DNA from: Candidatus Geothermarchaeota archaeon
GTDB lineage: Archaea > Thermoproteota > Nitrososphaeria > Geothermarchaeales > JDFR-13
Direction: 5' to 3'
Assembly: GCA_015523545.1 (NCBI GenBank)
Contig: WAKB01000005.1
Coordinates: 8,897 to 72,896, forward strand
Length of the DNA stretch: 64,000 nt
Translations under genes and position numbers: made by a program
Notes under the pieces: generated by a model
Told to the model about the DNA's origin: nothing
What the model saw: the letters and a program-made list of their open reading frames with translations, nothing else
Database searches by the model: none
Shown: positions 1 to 8,652 of the stretch, piece after piece
How the letters are laid out: each line of letters begins with the position of its first letter
How positions within the stretch are numbered: the first letter of the stretch is position 1

Positions 1-307
1 CGCCATGCCTACCTAGGACATCCCAGAGAGCCTCGACCCTGAGATCAGATATAGACATGTATCTAAGCCTATACTCCCTATCTATCACCACGAAGTGGGG
101 AATACCATGTCTATACGGCTCCACACCCGTAAATGCAGAGTACCAGCTCGCAGGAGTCACAATGGGTAGGGGTGCTACAACCTCGCCGAACCGCCCCTCC
201 CCAAATATCTCTGAAAGATTAGGTGTATTACCCGACTCTACAAGCTCCCTAATAAGGCTTGGCGGAACCCCATCCCACCCGAGTAGCAGTATACGCATAC
301 TACTCAT
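1..307 (-). CDS. Alkaline-phosphatase-superfamily protein (type I phosphodiesterase/nucleotide pyrophosphatase-like), N-terminal 102 codons only; gene runs off the left edge
   Basis: Not in ORF track (open at edge). Manual minus-strand translation from ATG at 307: MSSMRILLLGWDGVPPSLIRELVESGNTPNLSEIFGEGRFGEVVAPLPIVTPASWYSAFTGVEPYRHGIPHF... The GWDG..PNL..P.TPASW.S.FTG..P..HGI pattern is the metal/nucleophile N-terminus of this superfamily. Its ATG (307-305) overlaps the cysC TGA (306-304) as ATGA. Confidence 0.6.
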   Translation of the reverse strand, partial: MSSMRILLLGWDGVPPSLIRELVESGNTPNLSEIFGEGRFGEVVAPLPIVTPASWYSAFTGVEPYRHGIPHFVVIDREYRLRYMSISDLRVEALWDVLGRHG

Positions 308-840
308 CCTATGAAGCCCCGGCTCCTTAGGAAACCGAGTATCTTCTCAAGACTCTCCTCAGGGGTCTCCCTATCAGTCTCCACCACGATCTCGGGGTTT
401 AGCGGCTCCTCATACACGTCCTGGATACCAGTCATATTCTTAATCTCACCCTTGAGAGCCTTCCTATAGAGGCCCTTGGGATCCCTCTCAACAGCCACCT
501 CCACTGGACACTTCACATAGACCTCTACAAACCTATCCCCATTAAGCTCCCTCGCCAGGTCCCTAGCCTCCCTATACGGGGAGACGAAGGAGGCGAGCAC
601 CACCACCCCATTCCTACTCAGGAGGTGCGTAACAAAGGCCACCCTCCTCAGATGCCTAAGCCTATCCTCACGGGAGAAGCCCGCCTCGGGGCTCAGCCAA
701 GGCCTAACCTCATCACCGTCGAGATGCTCCACACATAGGCCCATGTCTGACAGCCTCTCCCTAAGCATCCTAGCCAGTGTAGTCTTACCCGAGCCAGGTA
801 TACCTGTAAACCATACCACGAATCCCTTCTCACATGGCAT
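304..840 (-). CDS. cysC: Adenylylsulfate (APS) kinase
   Basis: P-loop GIPGSGKTT, LDGD, FVSPYRE and KGLYRKA motifs, with typical APS-kinase size. Track start is GTG 849; the first ATG at 840 (MPCEKGFVVWFTG) is preferred. It overlaps the end of the upstream DHH gene. Confidence 0.9.
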   Translation of the reverse strand: MPCEKGFVVWFTGIPGSGKTTLARMLRERLSDMGLCVEHLDGDEVRPWLSPEAGFSREDRLRHLRRVAFVTHLLSRNGVVVLASFVSPYREARDLARELNGDRFVEVYVKCPVEVAVERDPKGLYRKALKGEIKNMTGIQDVYEEPLNPEIVVETDRETPEESLEKILGFLRSRGFIG

Positions 841-1846
841 CGGGGACACCTAGATACCTAAATATTTCGCCTAGGACAGCCCTATATTTCCCGGGCTCAA
901 CAACTGCGCCCAAGACATTCCTCTTACCCCCTGCGTATAGACCCATGCCCCTCAGCCTCTCTATCAGAGGCCTAAGGTCTACATCACCCCTCCCAGTCCT
1001 GAGATATACCTGGCTATAGCCATTGGCCAACCTAGGGACACCAAGCAACACGTATTTATCGGGGTTCCTCCTACTGAGCAGCCTACCCAGCTTAGACACT
1101 ATATAGAGCCTACTATCCAGCTCCCGGAAGAGTATCCCATCGATCTCCTCCAGCTCCATCCCCGCTAGACGCTCCAACTCCCGCCTAAACTCATAGAGCC
1201 TGGCCCTCCAGTCATCCCTACCCAATAGCACCTTGGGATCCTCACTATACTCCACCAGGGCGTGGACAGTCTCTATCACACCCTCCCTGTCGAGGAAGAG
1301 ATAGTTTGTATCCACAAGCCGGGAGAGCTCTATAAAGTCTTCAGGCCTCAAGCCATGCCTACTAGCCACCCTCTCGACAACCCAGTAGTATCTAGACTCC
1401 CTCATACCCTCCTCCAGATCCCCAGCTATGCCCAGGGCGGTCATCGTGTTAGGCTCTATCCCAAGGGCATCGGTGATGACCATCGAGGCGGAGGGATAGA
1501 GATCTCCAGACTCATCAATATACCTGGCTATAAACAGGCTATCCGAAGGCTCCCTATGGTGGTGGTCAAACACGTAGCCGGGTACGCCTAGATACTCCGC
1601 CACCCTCTCGATAGCCCTCGTGGAGACACCCATATCAGCGACCACCAATGCATCGACATCTATATCTCTGGGGAGATCCTCGGGTACGAGCCTATACAGC
1701 CCTATAACGGGGGTGTAGAGCACGGCGTCCAGCCCCAGGGCATCCAGTAGGAGGGCGGCGGAGGAGATTCCATCTGCATCCCAGTGGAAGGCTAGTAGGG
1801 CCCTACTACCGCCAAGCTTCTCCCTCACATCCCTAGGCATGTCCAT
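830..1846 (-). CDS. DHH-family phosphoesterase (NrnA/RecJ-like), encoded between sat and cysC
   Basis: DHH motifs HWDADG (I), VVADMG (II), FDHHH (III) and GIAGD (IV-like). Track start is TTG 1903; the ATG at 1846 (MDMPRDVREKLGG) gives the usual short N-terminus before motif I. Confidence 0.75.
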   Translation of the reverse strand: MDMPRDVREKLGGSRALLAFHWDADGISSAALLLDALGLDAVLYTPVIGLYRLVPEDLPRDIDVDALVVADMGVSTRAIERVAEYLGVPGYVFDHHHREPSDSLFIARYIDESGDLYPSASMVITDALGIEPNTMTALGIAGDLEEGMRESRYYWVVERVASRHGLRPEDFIELSRLVDTNYLFLDREGVIETVHALVEYSEDPKVLLGRDDWRARLYEFRRELERLAGMELEEIDGILFRELDSRLYIVSKLGRLLSRRNPDKYVLLGVPRLANGYSQVYLRTGRGDVDLRPLIERLRGMGLYAGGKRNVLGAVVEPGKYRAVLGEIFRYLGVPDAM

Positions 1847-1899
1847 AATTCTAGACACCCATCTAAGTATAGCGTGGCTAAGGGGATAAAGACGGGGTG

Positions 1900-3048
1900 T
1901 CAATCCACGAATGGATTGTCGAAGGAGAGTATAGTCTCGGCCACCTCTCTACGCATCATCTCCCCCGGCGGGACAATACCCCGCGAAAGGCTCTCCCTTA
2001 TCTTGGTACCACTGATATAGATCCTGAGATCCCTATCGTGGGGACATATCTTCTCGTTGGACATGCCTCCACACCCCCTACAGTAGAAGAACTCCCTGAA
2101 GAAGAGGGGGGTAATACCTAGGTCGGGGAACTCTGAGAAGATCTCCTGGGCCTCATACCTCCCGTAGTAGTTACCCACCCCAGCATGGTCCCTACCTACT
2201 ATGAAGTGGGTAGCCCCAAAATTCTTCCTCATAATAGCGTGGTGGATAGCCTCACGGGGGCCTGCGTAGCGCATGGCATAGCGGACAATACTCATTACGA
2301 CGGAGCCCCTAGGGTAGAACCGGTTGATGAGTGTCTTATAAGCCTCGAGGATAACCTCATCCCTAAAGTCGCCCCTCTTCTTCCTACCGATCACTGGGTT
2401 TATGAAGAGGCCGTCGACAAAGGTTAGGGCGGTCTTCTGGACATATTCATGCCCAAGGTGGGGTACGTTCCTAGTCTGGAAGGCGACCACAGTCTCCCAG
2501 CCCCTCTCCCTGAAGAGCACACGGGTCTCCCTAGGTGTGAGGAAATAGTCCTCATAGCCATCCCTAACCATCGGGATATACTCGACAGAACCCCCAACCA
2601 GGTAGTCCCCCATGGACATCACCCTAGCGACACCTGGGTGAGCCGGGTCAGTAGTCTTGAACACCTTCTCCGCATAGAGACCCTTGTCATAGCGGTATAC
2701 CTCCTCCACCATCAGGAGCCCCACGGGCTGGCCACCATACATAAGTAGAACCGTGTCCCCAATCCCGATTGACCTCCTAGCCTCCTCATCGATATCCAGG
2801 ACTATTGGGATCGTCCAGGGAAGGTCGTTGGATAGCCTCATAGTATACAGGACACTCTCCAGCTCCACACTGTCCAGGAAGCCTGTCAAGGGGCTGTAGA
2901 CACCATACCCGATGTTCTCGAGATCCCTATAGATAGTGTCGTCAACATCCAGCTGGGGGAGCCCCCTACTATCCCGGAGGATATCCTCCATCCTATCCCT
3001 AGGCAATACCCTCTTTACAAGCCTACCCCCATGGGGACGGCTGACCAT
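1900..3048 (-). CDS. sat: Sulfate adenylyltransferase (ATP sulfurylase)
   Basis: Signature QTRNVPHLGHEY (HxxH) and VGRDHAGVG; about 380 aa with a PUA-like N-terminal region. ATG start verified at 3048. Confidence 0.92.
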   Translation of the reverse strand: MVSRPHGGRLVKRVLPRDRMEDILRDSRGLPQLDVDDTIYRDLENIGYGVYSPLTGFLDSVELESVLYTMRLSNDLPWTIPIVLDIDEEARRSIGIGDTVLLMYGGQPVGLLMVEEVYRYDKGLYAEKVFKTTDPAHPGVARVMSMGDYLVGGSVEYIPMVRDGYEDYFLTPRETRVLFRERGWETVVAFQTRNVPHLGHEYVQKTALTFVDGLFINPVIGRKKRGDFRDEVILEAYKTLINRFYPRGSVVMSIVRYAMRYAGPREAIHHAIMRKNFGATHFIVGRDHAGVGNYYGRYEAQEIFSEFPDLGITPLFFREFFYCRGCGGMSNEKICPHDRDLRIYISGTKIRESLSRGIVPPGEMMRREVAETILSFDNPFVD

Positions 3049-3058
3049 AGATAGACAC

Positions 3059-3310
3059 CTAGTCTAGATATCCGAGGCTCCTAAGCCTCTCCCTGATACG
3101 GCTGACCTCCTCCTCACTAAGCTCATGCCCAGCGTCTAGATCCTCCTCAAGCCGGGAGACACCCTCCCTCAGGAGATCAACCACAAGCTCATACACAGAA
3201 TCTGCACCGATCCTGCCTGCTAGGGCCTCAAGCCTCCTGTAAAGAGTCTCCGGAATCTCTATAGAGACCTTCCTCACCAGCCACACCCCTAGATCAGCGG
3301 TTGAAGCCAT
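3059..3310 (-). CDS. Small ribbon-helix-helix (CopG/Arc-like) protein, possible regulator
   Basis: KVSIEIPETLYRRLEALAGRIGADSVYELVVDLL fits the beta-strand plus two helices of an RHH fold, followed by an acidic C-terminal tail. It sits 10 nt upstream of sat on the same strand. The start may be an internal GTG. Confidence 0.45.
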   Translation of the reverse strand: MASTADLGVWLVRKVSIEIPETLYRRLEALAGRIGADSVYELVVDLLREGVSRLEEDLDAGHELSEEEVSRIRERLRSLGYLD

Positions 3311-3339
3311 TATTAGATTTACAACCCCTACTTTTTAAC

Positions 3340-3822
3340 ATGCCAGTAGAACTAGTGCCAGGGCTATACGTAGGGCCGGGCAAGATACTCCTAGACATAG
3401 AGGTGGACAGGATAGTCTCACTAGACTGTGGAGCCAAGCCCACAGCCCCAAACAGGCCCAGGGAGAGATGCCTACACATAACCGACTTCGACGTTGAGCC
3501 AGTCAGGAACATAGGCCTAGCCATAAAGGAGATAGATGAGGCCAGATCCAGGGGGGAGAGGGTATACCTACACTGCCGAGCAGGCTGTGGCAGAACTGGG
3601 ACGGTAGCAATAGCCTACCTCATATACCTGGGGAAGAGGATGGAAGAGGCATCGAACACCTTCTGGAGAGCCAGGGGATGCGGCCCCAGCACATATAGAC
3701 AGACCCTCCTCCTAGAGGCGTTCCAAGAAGCCGTGGATAGGCTAGGCCCCAGGGAGGCCCTCGAGACCCTCATCAATAGCAGCGGTCTAGAAGACTTCAT
3801 AGCCAAGATACATAGAGGGTAA
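3340..3822 (+). CDS. Dual-specificity / protein-tyrosine phosphatase
   Basis: Cys-X5-Arg P-loop HCRAGCGRTGTV and small DSP-sized protein. Track start is TTG 3301; the ATG at 3340 (MPVELVPGLYVGP) is preferred. Confidence 0.8.
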   Translation: MPVELVPGLYVGPGKILLDIEVDRIVSLDCGAKPTAPNRPRERCLHITDFDVEPVRNIGLAIKEIDEARSRGERVYLHCRAGCGRTGTVAIAYLIYLGKRMEEASNTFWRARGCGPSTYRQTLLLEAFQEAVDRLGPREALETLINSSGLEDFIAKIHRG

Positions 3823-3916
3823 GGCCTAACCAGTTGTGGCGGCCCAGCCTATACTATTTATACAAGCACCCCATACAATAGAGGTGTATATCTAGCTTCT
3901 ATACGGTGCATAAAAG

Positions 3917-5245
3917 ATGGATGAGAGGATAAGGGAGCTGATGGAGAAGGCCGAGAGACCCGGCCGAATAGCCCCCGAACTACATAAGAAGTATGGAGGC
4001 AAGATAGAGATAGTCCCTAAATGCTCTATAAAGAGCCTAAGCGACTTCGACATATGGTACACACCCGGGGTAGCCGCAGTATCAAAGATAATAGCCCAAG
4101 ACCCCGACAAGTCCTTCGACTACACAAACAGGTGGAACACTGTAGGAGTCGTGACGGACGGCTCAAGAGTCCTAGGCCTAGGAAACATAGGCCCAGAGGC
4201 CTCACTACCAGTCATGGAGGGGAAGGCACTCCTATTCAAATACCTCGGAGGGGTCGACGCATTCCCAATAGCTTTGGACGCCAGGGATCCGGACAGGTTC
4301 CTAGACATACTAAAGGCCTTGGAACCCAGCCTCGGAGGGATAAACCTGGAGGACATCGAGAAGCCGAAGTGCTTCTACATACTGGAGGAGGCTAGGAAGA
4401 GGCTCGAGATACCTGTCTGGCACGACGACCAGCAGGGAACAGCCACGGTCATACTAGCCGGCCTCATAAACGCATTGAAGATAGTGGGTAAGAAGCTGAG
4501 CCAGGTCAAGATAGTCCTCTTCGGAGTAGGGGCAGCCAATACAAAGGCGGCGGAGGTACTCATACTAGCAGGGGCAGACCCAAAGAAGATGTACCTAGTA
4601 GACAGCAAAGGAGTGATCCATGCCGGGAGAAAGGATATTCTGGAAGTGGAGAAGAACCCATGGAAATACAGGCTGGCAGAGATAACCAACCCGGAGCATA
4701 TAGAGAAGGTGGAGGGCGCCTTCAGAGGGGCAGATGTAGTGATAGGCGCCTCTAAACCAGGGCCAGACACCATCAAGAAGGAGTGGATACGCCTAATGGC
4801 CGAAGACCCAATAGTATTCGCCACAGCAAACCCAATACCCGAGATATGGCCATGGGACGCCAAGGAGGCCGGGGCAAGGATAGTGGCCACTGGCAGGTCA
4901 GACTTCCCCAACCAGATCAACAACAGCCTAGGATTCCCAGGCATATTCAGAGGAGTCCTAGACGTGAGGGCAAAGACAGTGACCGACGAGATGTGTATAG
5001 CAGCAGCCCAGGAGATAGCAAAGTTCGCAGAGGAGAGGGGTATACACGAGGAATACATAGTCCCAAGGATGGATGAATGGGAGGTCTACCCAAGAATGGC
5101 TGTGGCAGCCGCATTACAGAGTATTAAACAAGGAGTAGCAAGGGAGAAGCCGAGCAGACAGGAACTATGGGAACGGGCCACCTCCATGATCACGAGGAGC
5201 AGGAAGGTCTACGAAGCAATCCTCAAGGCGGGGCTGATAGGGTGA
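3917..5245 (+). CDS. NAD(P)-dependent malic enzyme (oxaloacetate-decarboxylating malate dehydrogenase)
   Basis: WYTPGVA, VVTDGSRVLGLGNIGPEASLPVMEGKALLFK, Rossmann FGVGAAN and ATANPIPEI motifs. About 440 aa, the short prokaryotic malic-enzyme type. Confidence 0.9.
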   Translation: MDERIRELMEKAERPGRIAPELHKKYGGKIEIVPKCSIKSLSDFDIWYTPGVAAVSKIIAQDPDKSFDYTNRWNTVGVVTDGSRVLGLGNIGPEASLPVMEGKALLFKYLGGVDAFPIALDARDPDRFLDILKALEPSLGGINLEDIEKPKCFYILEEARKRLEIPVWHDDQQGTATVILAGLINALKIVGKKLSQVKIVLFGVGAANTKAAEVLILAGADPKKMYLVDSKGVIHAGRKDILEVEKNPWKYRLAEITNPEHIEKVEGAFRGADVVIGASKPGPDTIKKEWIRLMAEDPIVFATANPIPEIWPWDAKEAGARIVATGRSDFPNQINNSLGFPGIFRGVLDVRAKTVTDEMCIAAAQEIAKFAEERGIHEEYIVPRMDEWEVYPRMAVAAALQSIKQGVAREKPSRQELWERATSMITRSRKVYEAILKAGLIG

Positions 5246-5394
5246 TCTGTATCCGGTCACACTCGATTCCCGTACAGACTAGAAATCATTTAAAAACACT
5301 ATACAAACTGGATGAAAATTTCAATATAGACGTGTAACTATTACCAGAAAAATCGTAACACGGCAACAATATAGGCCTATCAACACGTTATATC

Positions 5395-5404
5395 CCTGAT
5401 CAGG
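5395..5404. promoter_or_regulatory. 10-bp palindrome CCTGATCAGG abutting a TATA-like CATATATAC upstream of nrdJ
   Basis: Read directly. The TATA-like element at 5406-5415 is about 60 nt upstream of the nrdJ ATG, and the palindrome occupies the BRE-proximal position. Confidence 0.25.
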
Positions 5405-5476
5405 CCCATATATACTTAGGAGGGTATTTCCATCGCCCTCAGAGTAACCTTTGTGTTTCAATGAGGTGGAGCAGTC

Positions 5477-8098
5477 ATGATGCGCATCAGAGTCTCGAAG
5501 GTTGTGAAGCGAGACGGCAGAGTAGTGGACTTCGACGTGAAGAGGATTGAGAACGCAGTTATGAAGGCTATGAAGGCGGTCAAGCAGTACGACCCCGAGA
5601 AGCATAGGAAGGTGGTCGAGCTAGTCCTGAAGATCCTAGACGAGAAGTATGGTGACAGCGGCATACCCACTGTGGAGGAGATCCAGGACATCGTGGAGCT
5701 CAGCCTAGTCAAGCACGACCTCTACGAGGTGGCGAAGGCCTACATACTCTACAGGAAGGAGAGGGAGAGGATTAGGCGGGAGAAGATGCTTATCCTAGGT
5801 AAGGAGAAGCTGGACGAGGTCGATAAGAGCCTAAGCCTAAACGCTATCAGACTCCTAGCCAGCAGATACCTATTGAAGGACGAGGAGGGCAGGATAATCG
5901 AGTCACCCAAACAGATGTTCCAGAGAGTGGCTATGGACATAGTAATAGCGGATCTCCTCTACGACCCAGAGGTCTTCAGCCTTGAGGGGGGTAACCAGCC
6001 CTTCCCAACAGAGGACTTCGATCCAGAGCTCTACGACGGGAAGTATGGATTCACCCTACCAGACGGGGAGAAGGTAACCTGGAACAAGTACCACCTAGAC
6101 AGGATGAAGAGCCTCTACGACAGGCTGAACAGCCAGGGCAAGATGAAGATCTCTTGGAGTGAGTTTCTAGAGAAGCTGGAGTCTGGATGGCACCAGAAAT
6201 ATCTGGATAAGTATCTCCAGTACTACGACCTGATGGTCAGTAAGAGGTTCATACCCAACAGCCCCACACTCTTCAACGCGGGTACAAGGCTTGGACAGCT
6301 ATCCGCATGCTTCGTACTAGACATGGAGGACGATCTAGAAAGCATAATGGACGCCGCGAAGGACGCAGCCATGATATTCAAGAGCGGGGGAGGAGTAGGC
6401 ATAAACTATAGTAAGCTGAGGCCCGAGGGAGACATAGTCTCATCCACATCAGGAGTAGCCAGCGGACCAGTATCCTTCATGAGGATCATAGACACCATAA
6501 CAGACGTGATAAAGCAGGGAGGGAAGAGGAGAGGCGCAAACATGGGTATACTAGAGGTATGGCACCCAGACATAGAGAAGTTCATAACCTCGAAGGAGAA
6601 GGAGGGCGTCCTAGAGAACTTCAACATCTCCGTAATGCTCAACGACGAGTTTATGAGGAGGCTCGACGAGGACGGAGAGTATGAACTGATAAACCCGAGG
6701 AACGGTGAGAAGGTAAGGAAGGTGAGGGCTAGGCAGCTATTCAGGATGATAGCCGAGTACGCCTGGAAGACAGGCGACCCAGGACTACTCTTCCTAGACA
6801 GGATAAACGCCCACAACGTTATGAAGAAGTCCCTAGGCCTCATAAGGAGTACAAACCCATGCTCCGAGGAGCCCCTATACCCCTATGAGAGCTGCAACCT
6901 GGGAAGCATCAACCTCTACGCCTTCGTAAGGTTCGACGAGGATGGGAAGGCATGGTTCGACTGGGACGCCTACCACAAGACCATAGAGGAGGCCTACGAA
7001 TTCCTAGACAACGTTATAGACGTCAATAAATATCCGATCAAGAAGATAGAGGAGGTTACCAACAACCTACGTAGGGTAGGCCTAGGCATAATGGGCCTAG
7101 CAGACACACTGGCAGCCCTAGGAATACCCTACAACAGCGAGGAGGGATTCGAGTTCACCAGGAAGATAACTGAGCACCTAACATACTACGCCCTGAAGAA
7201 GAGTGTGGAGAGGGCTAGGACCAGGGGTACATACCCACTCTACGATAAGAGCAGCTACAAGGAGGGGGAGATGCCTGTAGAGGGCTTCTACAGGAGGGAG
7301 CTCTGGACACTCGACTGGGACTCACTGAGAAACGAGATAATGAAGTATGGCGTCAGGAACGTAGGGGTGACCACGATAGCCCCGACAGGCTCGATCTCAA
7401 TGATTGTAGACGTATCCTCAGGGATAGAGCCTATATTCGCACTAGTATATGAGAAGAGGGTGTCGGTAGGAGTATTCTTCTACACAGACATAGAGTTCGA
7501 GAGGCAGCTGAAGGAGAGGGGCCTCTACGACGAGCAGCTACTAAAGAAGATAGCCGACAACGGCGGGAGCCTACAGGGCCTAGACGACGTTCCAGAAGAC
7601 CTTAAGAAGACATTCCCAGTCGCCTACGACATACCCTGGTGGGACCACATAAGGATGCAGTACGAGGCAGGCCTATGGATAACAGAGTCGATAAGCAAGA
7701 CGATAAACATGCCGTCATGGGTCACCGTGGACGACGTCGAGAAGGCATACCTATTCAGCTACCGCCTAGGAGTAAAGGGTATAACCATCTATAGAGACGG
7801 GAGCAAGAGTGTACAGGTACTCGTCACCCCAAGCCAGAGGACGGGCAGATATATGGTAGTCGTCCAGAACAAGACGCTGGAGCTCCTCGAGAAGCTGGGT
7901 ATAGAGAGGCCTAACCTAGGCGAGGAGACCAAGCCTAGGCAACCGACACTCCAGATAACCACCGGCGAGGAGGACGGCGGGGCAAAGGCCACCAGTAAGT
8001 ACGAGGCCTGCCCAGAATGTGGCAGTAAGATGCTGAGCCATGCAGAGGGCTGTATAACATGCCTAGAGTGTGGATGGTCAGCCTGCGTAGTAGCCTAA
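5477..8098 (+). CDS. nrdJ: Class II (adenosylcobalamin-dependent) ribonucleoside-triphosphate/diphosphate reductase with N-terminal ATP-cone
   Basis: ATP-cone (VVKRDGRVVDFDVKRIENAV), active-site TNPCSEEPL...CNLGSINL, and C-terminal Zn-ribbon CPECG...CITCLECG. The 873-aa length leaves no room for an intein. SD GAGGTGGA lies 7 nt upstream. Confidence 0.92.
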   Translation: MMRIRVSKVVKRDGRVVDFDVKRIENAVMKAMKAVKQYDPEKHRKVVELVLKILDEKYGDSGIPTVEEIQDIVELSLVKHDLYEVAKAYILYRKERERIRREKMLILGKEKLDEVDKSLSLNAIRLLASRYLLKDEEGRIIESPKQMFQRVAMDIVIADLLYDPEVFSLEGGNQPFPTEDFDPELYDGKYGFTLPDGEKVTWNKYHLDRMKSLYDRLNSQGKMKISWSEFLEKLESGWHQKYLDKYLQYYDLMVSKRFIPNSPTLFNAGTRLGQLSACFVLDMEDDLESIMDAAKDAAMIFKSGGGVGINYSKLRPEGDIVSSTSGVASGPVSFMRIIDTITDVIKQGGKRRGANMGILEVWHPDIEKFITSKEKEGVLENFNISVMLNDEFMRRLDEDGEYELINPRNGEKVRKVRARQLFRMIAEYAWKTGDPGLLFLDRINAHNVMKKSLGLIRSTNPCSEEPLYPYESCNLGSINLYAFVRFDEDGKAWFDWDAYHKTIEEAYEFLDNVIDVNKYPIKKIEEVTNNLRRVGLGIMGLADTLAALGIPYNSEEGFEFTRKITEHLTYYALKKSVERARTRGTYPLYDKSSYKEGEMPVEGFYRRELWTLDWDSLRNEIMKYGVRNVGVTTIAPTGSISMIVDVSSGIEPIFALVYEKRVSVGVFFYTDIEFERQLKERGLYDEQLLKKIADNGGSLQGLDDVPEDLKKTFPVAYDIPWWDHIRMQYEAGLWITESISKTINMPSWVTVDDVEKAYLFSYRLGVKGITIYRDGSKSVQVLVTPSQRTGRYMVVVQNKTLELLEKLGIERPNLGEETKPRQPTLQITTGEEDGGAKATSKYEACPECGSKMLSHAEGCITCLECGWSACVVA

Positions 8099-8100
8099 CC

Positions 8101-8517
8101 CTAGATCAGATCACCCTCAAACTCCTTTTTTACACCTATCCTACTCGCTAGGCCAGCAAGGATATCATATATCTTTCCCATCCTCTCAAGAAAACTCTCC
8201 TTCGTCTCCAGCTCCAAAATCTTATCCGTGATCTTGAAGACGGCGAAGGAGTTCGACTGGTTCTTATGCTTCTTCAGAGTAACCGTTATTGAGCCATCAT
8301 CCTCATAGTACGCCAGGTAATAGGAGTAGTCCTCATCCAACTCGCTGGAGCCAAGCCTGATAACACGACAGACAGATCCAGGCCTATACTCTACACACTC
8401 AGCCTTCTCGAGCAGGATACGTACCTTCTCCACTAGGGATGACGGGTTGGAAACAGGATCCTTATTCTCGGGCATAGGCTCATCCCTCAATACTCCCGCC
8501 CCCCCCCAGTTACACAT
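8101..8517 (-). CDS. Hypothetical small protein (about 124-138 aa)
   Basis: ORF only; I recognise no motif. The likely true start is the ATG at 8475 (MPENKDP), downstream of a G9 run. It has its own AT-rich TATA-like region in the 135-nt gap after the HerA-like gene. Confidence 0.4.
   Translation of the reverse strand: MCNWGGAGVLRDEPMPENKDPVSNPSSLVEKVRILLEKAECVEYRPGSVCRVIRLGSSELDEDYSYYLAYYEDDGSITVTLKKHKNQSNSFAVFKITDKILELETKESFLERMGKIYDILAGLASRIGVKKEFEGDLI
8499..8507. repeat. Homopolymer C9 (G9 on the coding strand)
   Basis: Counted directly (8499-8507). It lies between the most upstream ATG (8517) and the likely start (8475) of the 138-aa ORF. Confidence 0.9.
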
Positions 8518-8652
8518 ACATCGGGGGGCATATACTTATCACGTCTCTGAAAATATATAAGTTTTAAAGGTGTTGGGATATATGCATGTAAAAAGCGGAT
8601 ATATACCAACTGTTTTTCCTCTGGGGTCTAGCCAGGTCTAATAACATGCCTC

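Noticed and set aside
57-314. 85-aa plus-strand ORF at the left edge
   Set aside because: The opposite strand encodes a well-patterned alkaline-phosphatase-superfamily N-terminus that is start/stop-coupled (ATGA) to cysC. The plus-strand product is low-complexity (Ser/Pro/Leu-rich) with no motif.
4375-5058. 227-aa antisense ORF inside the malic enzyme gene
   Set aside because: It lies fully within a strongly motif-supported gene on the other strand. Its Ser/Ala/Leu/Pro-rich composition is typical of antisense frames in this codon-usage regime.
5246-5476. Cobalamin riboswitch upstream of the B12-dependent RNR
   Set aside because: I could find no B12-box-like element or the extended paired architecture. 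Such riboswitches are, to my knowledge, not established in Crenarchaeota. The region is retained only as a possible protein-binding regulatory region.
5477-8098. Possible intein in the RNR gene (common in archaeal RNRs)
   Set aside because: The length (873 aa) and the uninterrupted order of ATP-cone, TNPCSEE active site and C-terminal Zn ribbon leave no room for an intein. No Cys/Ser...HN-Cys splice-junction blocks were seen.
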